From a virus: DNA of 64,000 nt. Numbering within the stretch: position 1 is the first letter of the stretch; the number at the start of each line of letters is the position of its first letter. Positions 52,374 through 61,296 of the stretch are shown in pieces. Under the pieces are notes generated by a model that saw only the letters and a program-made list of their open reading frames with translations, ran no database searches and was not told the origin of the DNA. Position numbers and translations under genes: made by a program. The stretch lies in the IMG/VR virus record IMGVR_UViG_3300010049_000002, one strand, 5' to 3'.

Positions 52374-53843
52374 TCAGAGGGCGAACTTGATTCCGACGCA
52401 GGCGAAGATGGCATCCCGCAGGTCGGCATTGGACGACAGCTGCGTGTACCAGTCCTGGCTGACTTCGAAGCCGCGGATGGGCAGGGTCAGTTTCAGGTCG
52501 CCTCCCTGGAAGATGACCCGCTGGGCATCGACCTGCTGGGCGGCGTAGGTGCTAGCCTCCATCGTGGCCTCGAGCATCACCGTATTGACGCTGGTGAGGT
52601 TCGGGTCGTTGGTCCAGGTGAAGTCGGCGTTCCAATTGAGGTCTGGGGTGATGGCCGGAGGCGTCTGCCCGCCCAAACCTTGGGTAATCGAGAGGAATTG
52701 CCTCATCTGGTCGCCCTGCACGGAGTCGGTTTCCTGGAGGAAAATCCCAATCGGCACCCCTCGGGGAATCACATACGGAACGCACATCTTGCGGAACTCG
52801 GAGTTGCCCCGAAGCATGGAGCGGAGGTCCATCCCGCCGTAGGTCGCCGGGACGAGCTCGAAGTGCCGATTCGGGTTGAAGACCCCGAGGTTGACCGTCG
52901 GGTTGGCGTCGGTGGGCGGAGCCGCGAGAGGGTTCTGGATGCTGCTGGTGCTCCCCGACCTAACAAAGTCGACCGGCATGAAGTTCAAGGCGCTCCCCAG
53001 GGCGTCGTATCGCTTGTTCACATTCGAGACGAACGTCACGGTGTCGACTTGGGAATTGGACGCTGACCCCTCTTGGGCGTTGGGAGGCATGTAGGCCGTA
53101 TGCCTAAGCTGCTCGTCCATGATGTTGACGTGCTGGCCAATCTTCCAACGGTAGTTGTAGGCTCGAGCGAGGTGCCAGCCGACGTAGTTGGCCCACCATC
53201 CCCACCGGAGAATCGCCGGAACGAAGCTCATTCCCACATTGGGGCCATTGGGGTCAAACAATGCCCCGTTGAAGTAGTCGTTGCGGGTGAACACGTCCGG
53301 GCTGGGGGGCTTCTGGCCGCCCTGGGTCGGATGGTCGACCGCGTTTCCAATCACGGTCCAGCAGAGGGGCTCGGGCTCGATATGGAATCCCACATAGCAG
53401 GCCACAAAATTTACTTGAGTTTGACCCGTCTGGGCCATCGTGGTCTCGACGTAGTCAATCCCGAAGGGTGATTTCCCGCTTCCGAAGAGGTCAATCTCAG
53501 CGCCGAAGTTGACGGTGATGCTCTCGTCGACCTGGGGCCCGGTCATGGTCCAGCGGACTTGCTCAATCACGTCCATGTTCCACACGGGCGTCTGGCTAGA
53601 CTGCTGCATGGCATCGAGGATGGACCCCGCTCCCACCCTCAATTGCTCTGCGGTGCGAATCCGGCTCAAGTCGATGGCCACGCCGGCGCCGACCTGGTAG
53701 CGGTTGGCCGGCCGCTCCCGCACAACGGGCTTGGTCACCCGCGGGGGAACGGGACGCGTCTCCCATTGCTTCCTCACAAAGGGCGGCCTGGCGAGGGCCC
53801 GGCTGGGCTGGGCGGGACGATGTGCTGCTGCTCCAACTTTCAT
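52374..53843 (-). CDS. large virion-module protein, capsid candidate by size and position only (489 aa)
   Basis: Largest non-repetitive structural-block ORF; no family recognised by eye. Confidence 0.55.
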   Translation of the reverse strand: MKVGAAAHRPAQPSRALARPPFVRKQWETRPVPPRVTKPVVRERPANRYQVGAGVAIDLSRIRTAEQLRVGAGSILDAMQQSSQTPVWNMDVIEQVRWTMTGPQVDESITVNFGAEIDLFGSGKSPFGIDYVETTMAQTGQTQVNFVACYVGFHIEPEPLCWTVIGNAVDHPTQGGQKPPSPDVFTRNDYFNGALFDPNGPNVGMSFVPAILRWGWWANYVGWHLARAYNYRWKIGQHVNIMDEQLRHTAYMPPNAQEGSASNSQVDTVTFVSNVNKRYDALGSALNFMPVDFVRSGSTSSIQNPLAAPPTDANPTVNLGVFNPNRHFELVPATYGGMDLRSMLRGNSEFRKMCVPYVIPRGVPIGIFLQETDSVQGDQMRQFLSITQGLGGQTPPAITPDLNWNADFTWTNDPNLTSVNTVMLEATMEASTYAAQQVDAQRVIFQGGDLKLTLPIRGFEVSQDWYTQLSSNADLRDAIFACVGIKFAL

Positions 53844-53912
53844 GGCTCGATTTCCTTGGTAGAGCCGCCTACCCCACGGGCTCAGGCGGGTTTATTGCTC
53901 GGGAGTCGAAAC

Positions 53913-55619
53913 TCAGTCCCCGCCCTCGTCCGGGTATCCCCAGGTGAACGGGTTGAACTTGGGTTGCGGGGGGGCCGCCATGCCGTACGGACTCCCGCGA
54001 AGGGTCTCGGTGATGGCCGCGCGCGGGGGAGGGGGAGGCGGCGGTGGAACCGGCGGAGCGGTGGCGGGCACCGGCGGGAGGTTCACCTGCTGGGGAGGAA
54101 CCGCGGTCGGGGGAGGGGGAACGGTATTGGCGGTTGCCACTTCCCGGGGGAGTGAAGGCCAAGCGGCCCCAACTCCCCGGGCGGGATATCCAACCCCATG
54201 ATGGGAATGGGGCGCTCCGTGGCCGGCGGCTCCGTGACCGCCGCAGCCGGGGCAGGGATTGCCCGGCCCGCACCCACCGCATCCAGCCTTTTGAGGAGCT
54301 CCCAACGCTCGAATGGGCGCCCGCCGGCCCAACCCGGCGCTGGGGAGTTGCGGGCCAGTGGTGGGGAGCGTCCCACCCTTGACCGTCTGGAGGAGATTGG
54401 CGCGCATCTCTCCGTCGAAGAGCTGCTGGCCCATGGGGCTGGTCATGGTCATGGCCGCGAGGCCGTCGATGGCCATCTTTCCGAAGATGCGAACTCCGGC
54501 GCCATAACCGGCTATCGTCAATCCCGTCTTGAGGCCGGGCCCCTTGGCGAGACCTGCCCCACCCCAAAAGAGCAAAAGAACCCCGCCCGCCACCAGCATG
54601 CGCATGGGCGAGGCCCACATGGGCGCGGCTATCGCGGTGGGGTTGTAGAGGCCCTCATAAGGGCTCCCCGTGGGTCCCCGGGGGTCGGAGTAGATGACAT
54701 TCCCCGTGGAGTCCTTCTGCCCCGAGTCTTGGAGGGAATGGGTTGTGGCGAACCGGTCGACGATGTCGCCGACCATGAAGCCCGCCAGGGCGCTGAAGAA
54801 GTGCCCGACGTACTCGCCCTTTCCCTCGAGCGGATTCTCCAGGGTCGCGTGGGAGGAATGGCGCCGGTAGCGGCTAGGGTTCTTGCGCCGGCCCCGTCGA
54901 CGTTCGCTCGCCGGGGGACGCTCGGGGCCGTAGTGCGTCTCGTGCTCGATGGTCGCCCCGTGCGTGCCGTGCATCTTCGCGGGCGCGCGCCTCTTCTTCT
55001 TCCGGTGGCTCGACTTACCGCTCCGGCCTCGTGTGAATTGGCCCTTCTTGTTGCGCTTGGGGCCTCGGCCGGAGCTTCGTTTGCCGACCTTGCCTTTGCC
55101 CTTCCTGCCCCTCTTTCGACGTTGCCAGCCGAGCCTCGCCGCCTTCGCGTGGGCGGAGCGGTTGCCGTGCCAGGCCTCCCGCGCTCCGCTCTTCTTCTTC
55201 TTTTTGTAGGCCTTGCGCTTTCCCTTGCTGCGCTTGATGAAGCGGCCCTTGGAGTCGCGCTTCATGCGACCCGCGTGGCGCTTGCCCTTTCGACGCTGAT
55301 GGCCCTTGAGCGCGGCTTTGCGGTGGCCGGCCCGATTGCCGTGCCAAGCCTCCATCGCTCGACTGCGCCTACGACGCGAGGAACGACGGGGCTTCTTGCT
55401 CCCGGATTCGCTGGCCCGGGAGCTTCCCCGGCGACGAGCCGTCCGGCGCTTCCTGGGCTTCTCTCCGGCCCTGGCCCTCGAGGTCCGGCCCCGGCGCCGG
55501 GCGGTCTTCACCCGAGGCTTCTCACTGGCCTTCGCCCGACGGGCAGCCCTCGCCTTGCGGAGGTTGCGCATGCTGGCCTCGCGGGCTCTCGCGCTCTGCC
55601 GGCGCTTGGTCTTTGCCAT
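53913..55619 (-). CDS. hyper-basic (Lys/Arg) N-terminal domain fused to membrane domain and Pro-rich tail (568 aa)
   Basis: Trimmed to MAKTKRRQSA (GAGGA SD; motif copy lies upstream). Duplicated EAWHGNR..H.KAA..G.QRRK motif. RKNP and LENP precede hydrophobic segments. Confidence 0.6.
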   Translation of the reverse strand: MAKTKRRQSARAREASMRNLRKARAARRAKASEKPRVKTARRRGRTSRARAGEKPRKRRTARRRGSSRASESGSKKPRRSSRRRRSRAMEAWHGNRAGHRKAALKGHQRRKGKRHAGRMKRDSKGRFIKRSKGKRKAYKKKKKSGAREAWHGNRSAHAKAARLGWQRRKRGRKGKGKVGKRSSGRGPKRNKKGQFTRGRSGKSSHRKKKRRAPAKMHGTHGATIEHETHYGPERPPASERRRGRRKNPSRYRRHSSHATLENPLEGKGEYVGHFFSALAGFMVGDIVDRFATTHSLQDSGQKDSTGNVIYSDPRGPTGSPYEGLYNPTAIAAPMWASPMRMLVAGGVLLLFWGGAGLAKGPGLKTGLTIAGYGAGVRIFGKMAIDGLAAMTMTSPMGQQLFDGEMRANLLQTVKGGTLPTTGPQLPSAGLGRRAPIRALGAPQKAGCGGCGPGNPCPGCGGHGAAGHGAPHSHHGVGYPARGVGAAWPSLPREVATANTVPPPPTAVPPQQVNLPPVPATAPPVPPPPPPPPRAAITETLRGSPYGMAAPPQPKFNPFTWGYPDEGGD

Positions 55620-55696
55620 CACTGTTCCTCGAGTTGGCTTGCCTTGGGCTCCTTTCCTTTCAGAACCAGACGCTACGCTGGCCTTTAGTGTCTCCT

Positions 55697-55709
55697 GACG
55701 GGACACGGG
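55697..55709 (-). promoter_or_regulatory. heptad-repeat motif copy (CCCGTGTCCCGTC on minus strand, preceded by TTGACG)
   Basis: 78 nt upstream of ATG 55619. Confidence 0.5.
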
Positions 55710-55834
55710 CGTCAAGGACCGGGGGTTGACTTTCCCTTGGGAGCCCTGGGGGGCCTTGCCGGACGCGGCATACTCGGGGCCCTCCTCCCGGTTCTCGTCC
55801 AACATCCTTTGGTAGTCGGCCACCCCCCGATGGT

Positions 55835-55860
55835 GTCACGGGACACGGGTAAGGTCACGG
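55835..55860 (-). promoter_or_regulatory. heptad-repeat motif cluster (CCGTGACCTTACCCGTGTCCCGTGAC on minus strand)
   Basis: Gap after 55855 gene stop. Confidence 0.5.
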
Positions 55861-56415
55861 CTTGACGAATCCGCGAGCGTTCAAGACTGACCCCCGGGGG
55901 AGCTGAATCCGCCACCACCGGCCCCGACGGTAGAGCGTCACCCTTCCGTGATTGAACATCCCCTGGCCGAACCCGTGGTGATACCGGCCGGGGTGCGACC
56001 TTCCCCCGCGCGTGTAGTAGATATCGGTCACCGTCCCGACCCGTTGCCACCCTTGGAGCCCCCGGGGGGGAACTTTCGCGCTCCCGACCTTGGCCCGATA
56101 GCCGGACCCGAAGTAGGCCTGGGCATCATCATCGGGCGGGGCTCCCCGGTGGCCGCGAGCAATCGGCCCGAAAAGAACCGAGTTGCGGGGCCAGGCTTTC
56201 CCCTCCGGGTCGTGGAGCATGGTCCCGGGGAGAGTCACCTCCCGGCCATCGGACAAATCCACGAACACATTGCGCCCTTTGGCAATCAGCCGGCGGCGCC
56301 TCGGGGCCGTCTCGAGACCGACGGGATTCTCACGCCCTTCCCGAGAGACCAGCCAAGCCCCGAGCCCCAGGACCACGAGCGCCCCGATGACCAGCGGCAC
56401 CGAGCTCTGAGCCAT
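55855..56415 (-). CDS. N-terminally anchored protein (186 aa)
   Basis: MAQSSVPLVIGALVVLGLGAWLVSREGRENP. Confidence 0.55.
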   Translation of the reverse strand: MAQSSVPLVIGALVVLGLGAWLVSREGRENPVGLETAPRRRRLIAKGRNVFVDLSDGREVTLPGTMLHDPEGKAWPRNSVLFGPIARGHRGAPPDDDAQAYFGSGYRAKVGSAKVPPRGLQGWQRVGTVTDIYYTRGGRSHPGRYHHGFGQGMFNHGRVTLYRRGRWWRIQLPRGSVLNARGFVKP

Positions 56416-56418
56416 GGC

Positions 56419-56487
56419 TCACTTCCGGAGGAGAACCAGGAACACCGCCAAGAAGGCCGCCGCGGTGACCCAGAAGAGCAGCGTCAT
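56419..56487 (-). CDS. possible 22-aa TM peptide
   Basis: MTLLFWVTAAAFLAVFLVLLRK*; ATGA coupling with upstream stop. Confidence 0.3.
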   Translation of the reverse strand: MTLLFWVTAAAFLAVFLVLLRK

Positions 56488-56978
56488 GCCCGCCCTCGAG
56501 TGAAGTACCAGTAGGCTCCCCCACCGAGGGCCAACACACCGGCCGCGATGAGGACCACCGTCGTCGTGCTGATGCCCTGAGCCGGCGGGTTGTTGTTGTT
56601 GTTGCCACTCGGGGGTGGCGTCCCCGTCGTCTGGCACTGGTCCATGACGACCTGAATCTCGGCGTCGAGCGACATCAGGCGGTTGCCGATGTTGTCGATG
56701 GTCGTCGTGTCGTACGGATAGGAGTCCCAGAGGCTGGGGTCGATGGGGTTGACCGCGTCGCCGGTCTCCGCGGCCTGGATGGCGGCCGCCTCGTTGTTCA
56801 AATCGCTCTGGGCCTGATTGAAGCGGTTCTTCCAGTCAGGGAAGCCGGTCCAGTTGGGGCAGAAGTACTGGGAGAGTTTCGAAAGGGTGGCCTGCGCGCT
56901 GGATAGCGAATCAGCCGCGTCCTTGATGGTCGGGACGATGCTGGACCCGACCCCCCGGGCTGGAAGCCAAGGCATCAT
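56484..56978 (-). CDS. C-terminally anchored protein (164 aa)
   Basis: C-terminal VVLIAAGVLALGGGAYWYF; similar layout to next gene. Confidence 0.55.
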   Translation of the reverse strand: MMPWLPARGVGSSIVPTIKDAADSLSSAQATLSKLSQYFCPNWTGFPDWKNRFNQAQSDLNNEAAAIQAAETGDAVNPIDPSLWDSYPYDTTTIDNIGNRLMSLDAEIQVVMDQCQTTGTPPPSGNNNNNPPAQGISTTTVVLIAAGVLALGGGAYWYFTRGRA

Positions 56979-57433
56979 TCCTTCTTCTCCGGGGCTTCTC
57001 GAGGCGGTGGCGGAATGAGCTGGAGAATCGAGTAGAGGACGTACGCGCCCGTCAGGCCCCCGACGACGAAGGCGGTGTACTTCAGCGCGTTCAGAAACTG
57101 GTCGACCTGCGGGTTGGCGTCGGGGTCGACGACCGGGATGCCCAGGTTGCAGCCGGCCTTCTGGAGCTGCTGCTGCCAGGCGTACAGCGTCCGGGCGTAG
57201 ACCCGGGCCTGCTCATAGACCGCGTCACTCGAGGGGGTTATCCAGCCTGGGGTTGTGGTCTTGGCCCACTGGCTGGCGGTCATGTAGAAGCTGTTCCAGG
57301 CCTGGGCTTGCGTGCTGCTGAGAGCCGTACAGCTCAAAACGGCGTTGTTGGTCGAGTCGAGGTTCGTGGCAAGGCTCGTGAGCTGGGACGTCGCGGCCGC
57401 GGGGTCGATGAAGGTCGGAAGCAGGCCTCCCAT
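56975..57433 (-). CDS. C-terminally anchored protein (152 aa)
   Basis: C-terminal AFVVGGLTGAYVLYSIL. Confidence 0.55.
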   Translation of the reverse strand: MGGLLPTFIDPAAATSQLTSLATNLDSTNNAVLSCTALSSTQAQAWNSFYMTASQWAKTTTPGWITPSSDAVYEQARVYARTLYAWQQQLQKAGCNLGIPVVDPDANPQVDQFLNALKYTAFVVGGLTGAYVLYSILQLIPPPPREAPEKKE

Positions 57434-58602
57434 CAGCGCCTCCTCCTATGACCATGATGGCCGTGCCAGAAGTAGAAGCCCAAGCCCCCGACGACCGCGA
57501 TGCCGCCCGCGACGGCGAGCATGGTGCCCATCCCAACGGCAGCATCTTGGGGCGCAGCCGGGTCCGGGATACCGGCCGCCTGGGGGTGGAGCAGCGTCTG
57601 GGGGGTCGGAGCCGATGGGTTGATTTGCAGCGCCCCATCGATGAAGGACCGGTTCGTATCCGAGTCGAGGCTCCCGGAGCGCAGAGCCACCCCCTGGACG
57701 TACCACCACGCGTAGCCCTGCGCGTCGCCCGCCCCGGCGGAGGTCACGGCCTCGACATTCAAATCATTCGCGAAGAGATTCTCAACATCGCTCGACTGTG
57801 CGACGCTCCCATCGCTGTTCGGAGAAACGAGAACCTGGAACCGGTAGCGGTTGCCGTCGACCAGCTGGTAGGAGAAGCCGCCCGCGTCGGCGTTGGGGGT
57901 GTTCGTGAACGGCAGCTCGGCGAAGTCGGGGTCGGGCAGGGTGATGGGGGAAGACGCTTGGCCCAGGCTTCCCAGCCAAGGAGGCTTTCCGAAGGTCACA
58001 ATTCTCGCCTCCTGTTCAGGCAGCGCGCCGACCGGGCCGAAGGGGTCAATCCATGTCTCGTTGGCGGTCCCCAGGGTGCTCCCGAAGGGCAGATTGGTGC
58101 TGGGGTCCGCGTAGTGCCAGTCATCCCCGGTAAACACCGCGGTCAGAACATGGTCTTGTTTATCGGGGCCATAGGACTGCTTGACAATCTGGACGGGGAT
58201 ACCGACACTCAGGCAGAGTGACCCGTAAGCTGCCGTAAGTCCATCACAATCCTCGCCATTCAGGCATAGATTCGGCCGCAAGCATAACGTCGCTCCCGCT
58301 GATGGGATAAGCTCTGTTGCATAAGGGTCGGGGGCATAAACGGTCGCCTTTCTGAAGCACTCAAGCAAAGCCGCGGCCTGCTTGAACGGGGTGGTGGTGG
58401 CATCGCGGCCATCTAACCCGGCTTGTTTCAGGCAATCCAAGGCCCACCCGCGAACGGATGCATCGATGGCCCCATCCCGCATCTTGGAGGACATCTCCTC
58501 CAGGCTCATCTTTATCTGCTGGGCGTTGGTCCCCACGTAAGGCCGGACGGAGTTCTTTATCCCCGCCTGGGTCATGCTCTGGGGCCCGGGAGCGAAAGCC
58601 AT
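57433..58602 (-). CDS. transglutaminase-like Cys protease-fold protein with C-terminal TM anchor (389 aa)
   Basis: EDCDGLTAAYGSLCLSVGIPVQIV..DHVLTAV..WHYADPS fits the C-H-D core; C-terminal AVAGGIAVVGGLGFYFW. Confidence 0.65.
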   Translation of the reverse strand: MAFAPGPQSMTQAGIKNSVRPYVGTNAQQIKMSLEEMSSKMRDGAIDASVRGWALDCLKQAGLDGRDATTTPFKQAAALLECFRKATVYAPDPYATELIPSAGATLCLRPNLCLNGEDCDGLTAAYGSLCLSVGIPVQIVKQSYGPDKQDHVLTAVFTGDDWHYADPSTNLPFGSTLGTANETWIDPFGPVGALPEQEARIVTFGKPPWLGSLGQASSPITLPDPDFAELPFTNTPNADAGGFSYQLVDGNRYRFQVLVSPNSDGSVAQSSDVENLFANDLNVEAVTSAGAGDAQGYAWWYVQGVALRSGSLDSDTNRSFIDGALQINPSAPTPQTLLHPQAAGIPDPAAPQDAAVGMGTMLAVAGGIAVVGGLGFYFWHGHHGHRRRR

Positions 58603-58611
58603 GGCGAGCCC

Positions 58612-58932
58612 CTAGGGAACCCCGCGGGTCGCTGTGGGCTGGACGTGCGGGGGGGAGCCTTCCGTGTTCATCGGCAACACCGGGAACCCGGCATTGGCCG
58701 GCATGGAGCTCGAGGAGCTCTGAACCGGGAACCCTTGGGGGGTGGGTGGTCTCACCTGGCTCCCGTCCCACTTCCGATGGGCCCCGGCCCGGAGCTGGGT
58801 CTGGCCCCCCGAGGCGCCCATGAAGGCCCCGACGACAGCGCCCCCAGCCGTCAGGATGAACGAGCGCCCGAGTAGCCAGCCGACGAAGGCCCCCACGCCA
58901 GCCCCGACCGCGGCGCCCGTCTTGACATCCAT
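58612..58932 (-). CDS. Gly-zipper membrane protein (106 aa), possibly leaderless
   Basis: GAAVGAGVGAFVGWLLG..GGAVVGAFMGASGG; no SD. Confidence 0.55.
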   Translation of the reverse strand: MDVKTGAAVGAGVGAFVGWLLGRSFILTAGGAVVGAFMGASGGQTQLRAGAHRKWDGSQVRPPTPQGFPVQSSSSSMPANAGFPVLPMNTEGSPPHVQPTATRGVP

Positions 58933-58960
58933 ACGGGACAGGCTAGCGCACCTTGACTAA

Positions 58961-58979
58961 CCGGTCACGGGTCACGGGG
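58961..58979 (-). promoter_or_regulatory. heptad-repeat motif (CCCCGTGACCCGTGACCGG on minus strand) followed by TTAGTCA
   Basis: 29 nt upstream of ATG 58932. Confidence 0.55.
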
Positions 58980-59000
58980 TTCAGCCCGAGCCCCCCCGGG

Positions 59001-59984
59001 TCATCCCGCAATCAGCCCCTGGTCGCTGGACACGACCATCACGCACCCGCCCTGGAGGATGAGCGGGTTCACCGCGACGTCGCCGAAGCCCCAGAGAGTC
59101 ACCATCCACGTTCCTACGGGGAGGTTCTCGAAGACGGTGAAGTTGGTCACCGTCGTGTTGACGTCCGCCGGCATGTAGAGGCTCGTCTCCAGGCCCTGCG
59201 TCGTGTTTCCGGCCGTGTCTGACAGGTCCGGCCGGAGATAGACGTTCCCGGGGTTATTGGGGATGCCGGATTGGCGGTAGACCTGCGCCTGCGTCGTCAC
59301 CACCACCGTCTGGCCCTGGACCGTGGTCTGGAAGGCCTGGGCCTCGATGATGGGGGTGAGGTTGGTGAACGGGACGTCGGCGGGGTTCTGGTATTGAGGC
59401 AGAATCGTCGCCGCGCTCCCCCCACCAGTTCCCCCGGGCTCGGTGACAATCGCTTGGATGGCCCCGTAGCCGGCCTGCACGCGAACGGCGTTGGCAGCGG
59501 GCGTTCCAACCGGCGTCCCCGGGCTGGCCAGAGCGCTCACCGTGATGGTGTAGAGGCCGGCCGCGAGCGGGGTCGGGACGGCCCCCGGCTGAGCGCCTAC
59601 CGGTAGAACCGTGGAAGCTGTGAGCCAGATGAAGTCACCGGACTGGGAGATGATGCTCCGGGGGTTGGCCTCAATGGCGCTCGCTGGGTCGGCCTGGGGA
59701 GCGATGGAGAGGATGAGCTGAACCTCTTGCAAGACGGCATCCGGGTTGGTCGCCGTGACCCCCGCGAAGACGAAGATGCCGGAGATACCCTCATTCCCCG
59801 ACAGACTGATGTCGAGGCTGGCGATGGGCGTCAGGCCCGTGCTATCGATGGGGATGTCGTGGTCGTTGACGGCATAATACGTGGTGACGAGACCTCCGGC
59901 TGGGACTGGAGCCGAGGTCGCCGCGACGGCGAGGGCGGCCTTGTAGAAGGTGGCCGCAGTGGGATTGAACCCGGTGTTGCTCAT
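59001..59984 (-). CDS. spike/fibre-family protein (327 aa)
   Basis: MSNTGFNPTAATFYKAALAVAA family N-terminus; ATGA coupling. Confidence 0.65.
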   Translation of the reverse strand: MSNTGFNPTAATFYKAALAVAATSAPVPAGGLVTTYYAVNDHDIPIDSTGLTPIASLDISLSGNEGISGIFVFAGVTATNPDAVLQEVQLILSIAPQADPASAIEANPRSIISQSGDFIWLTASTVLPVGAQPGAVPTPLAAGLYTITVSALASPGTPVGTPAANAVRVQAGYGAIQAIVTEPGGTGGGSAATILPQYQNPADVPFTNLTPIIEAQAFQTTVQGQTVVVTTQAQVYRQSGIPNNPGNVYLRPDLSDTAGNTTQGLETSLYMPADVNTTVTNFTVFENLPVGTWMVTLWGFGDVAVNPLILQGGCVMVVSSDQGLIAG

Positions 59985-60883
59985 GAGGTGATGAGCACCT
60001 GCAAGATGGCCTCGCCCGGTGCCACCGCGAGTTCGTCCGTAGGCGTACCGACAACATCGGAAGCCACGACCGTTCGAACCGTGTGCGGACCCGCGGGCAC
60101 ATTCGTGTAGGCGCCCACAATCGGGAACCACGCCTCCCCTCCGACGCCGATATTCGCGGTATAAATCGGTCCGGCGATTTCCCCAGGCAGCCCGCGGTCG
60201 AGGAACGTCTGGGCGGTGGCAAAGCCCGCGGCGACGCCTTGCGATATGATTCGGACGTTGCCCGACGCGAAGATGGTGGACGGGGCAGCCAGTTGGATGT
60301 TGTCCACCGCGGCGATGATGGTCGCCGTGGGCGTCACCGGGGTGATGTCGGCGTTGCTGTTCGACAGCGCGACAACAGGGCTCGCCGCCCCCGGGGTGTT
60401 GTCGATGTCCAGGAGCAGCAGGCTCGTGCTCAAGTCGAAGACCCGGAGGTCATTCCCCGCCCCGCTGAGCAGCACCGTGTAGGCGATGTTCGGGTCGAGG
60501 TCGAAGGCCAGCGTCGATACGATGTTGGCCGAGAGGGTCGGGGGAATCACCCAGTCTGAGATGGTCTTCTCGGCGACGATGGTCCCGGTATCGTCCGCGA
60601 TGGCGAGCTGGAACCACGGCTCTGCGCTGTTGGCGGAGCTGATATTCTGATAGGGGATGATTCCGAACGCGACCACCGTTCTCGCATTGGGCGACGAGGG
60701 CAGCGCAATCTGTGCGATGACCGTGGGCGGTGGGGTGTTGGAGAGGTAGAGGTCCGACCCGTTGTCGTTGGTCGCGAAGAGGGGGATGACTCGGCTACCG
60801 GTGGTGACCGGTGTGCCCGCCTGCGCCAAAGCGAGGGCGAGCTCGGCCCGATAAAAAGTCGCCGGATTCGAAATCTGGGTCAT
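59981..60883 (-). CDS. spike/fibre-family protein (300 aa)
   Basis: MTQISNPATFYRAELALALAQAG. Confidence 0.65.
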   Translation of the reverse strand: MTQISNPATFYRAELALALAQAGTPVTTGSRVIPLFATNDNGSDLYLSNTPPPTVIAQIALPSSPNARTVVAFGIIPYQNISSANSAEPWFQLAIADDTGTIVAEKTISDWVIPPTLSANIVSTLAFDLDPNIAYTVLLSGAGNDLRVFDLSTSLLLLDIDNTPGAASPVVALSNSNADITPVTPTATIIAAVDNIQLAAPSTIFASGNVRIISQGVAAGFATAQTFLDRGLPGEIAGPIYTANIGVGGEAWFPIVGAYTNVPAGPHTVRTVVASDVVGTPTDELAVAPGEAILQVLITS

Positions 60884-60896
60884 GGCTTGCTCCTTT

Positions 60897-61289
60897 TCAG
60901 ACGAGCGTGGGGTTGCCCCGGACGAGCAGGAAATCGAACGGCTGGTCGAGCAACGTTCCGCCGGGGTCGGTGTTGTCGTTCTGGATGGCCAGGATGAGAA
61001 TCCCGGGCGCTGGAACATAGACGCTCGTCACCCACAAGCCGGCCGGTAGGGCCCCGAAGCTTCCCTGCCAGAGGACGAAGTCGCCGGGCATCACAATCGG
61101 CACCGTGAAGGTGAGGTTTGGCTGGTAGCCGGGCAGGATTGTGTTCGGGAAGCCGTTTGCCTGGACGGCCTTGGCGATGAGAAGCTGGGGCGCGTTCGCA
61201 GCCGCAGCGGCGGCGGCCGAGGCCTGCGCCAGGGCGACCTGCACCTTGTAGAAGATGGCGCTATTCGGGTTGAAGTCCTGGGTCGTCAT
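60897..61289 (-). CDS. small spike/fibre-family protein (130 aa)
   Basis: MTTQDFNPNSAIFYKVQVALAQASAA; PGDFVL.. head. Confidence 0.6.
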   Translation of the reverse strand: MTTQDFNPNSAIFYKVQVALAQASAAAAAAANAPQLLIAKAVQANGFPNTILPGYQPNLTFTVPIVMPGDFVLWQGSFGALPAGLWVTSVYVPAPGILILAIQNDNTDPGGTLLDQPFDFLLVRGNPTLV

Positions 61290-61296
61290 CGGGTCC

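Noticed and set aside
54198-55688. 496-aa plus-strand ORF
   Set aside because: It is an antisense shadow of the hyper-basic gene 53913..55619, with Ala/Leu/Arg/Pro-rich composition and no start context.
55620-55823. N-terminal extension (GTG 55823, MADYQRML..) of the hyper-basic protein
   Set aside because: The extension would translate through a heptad-motif copy that is otherwise strictly intergenic. ATG 55619 has a well-spaced GAGGA SD. This is not excluded, only less likely.
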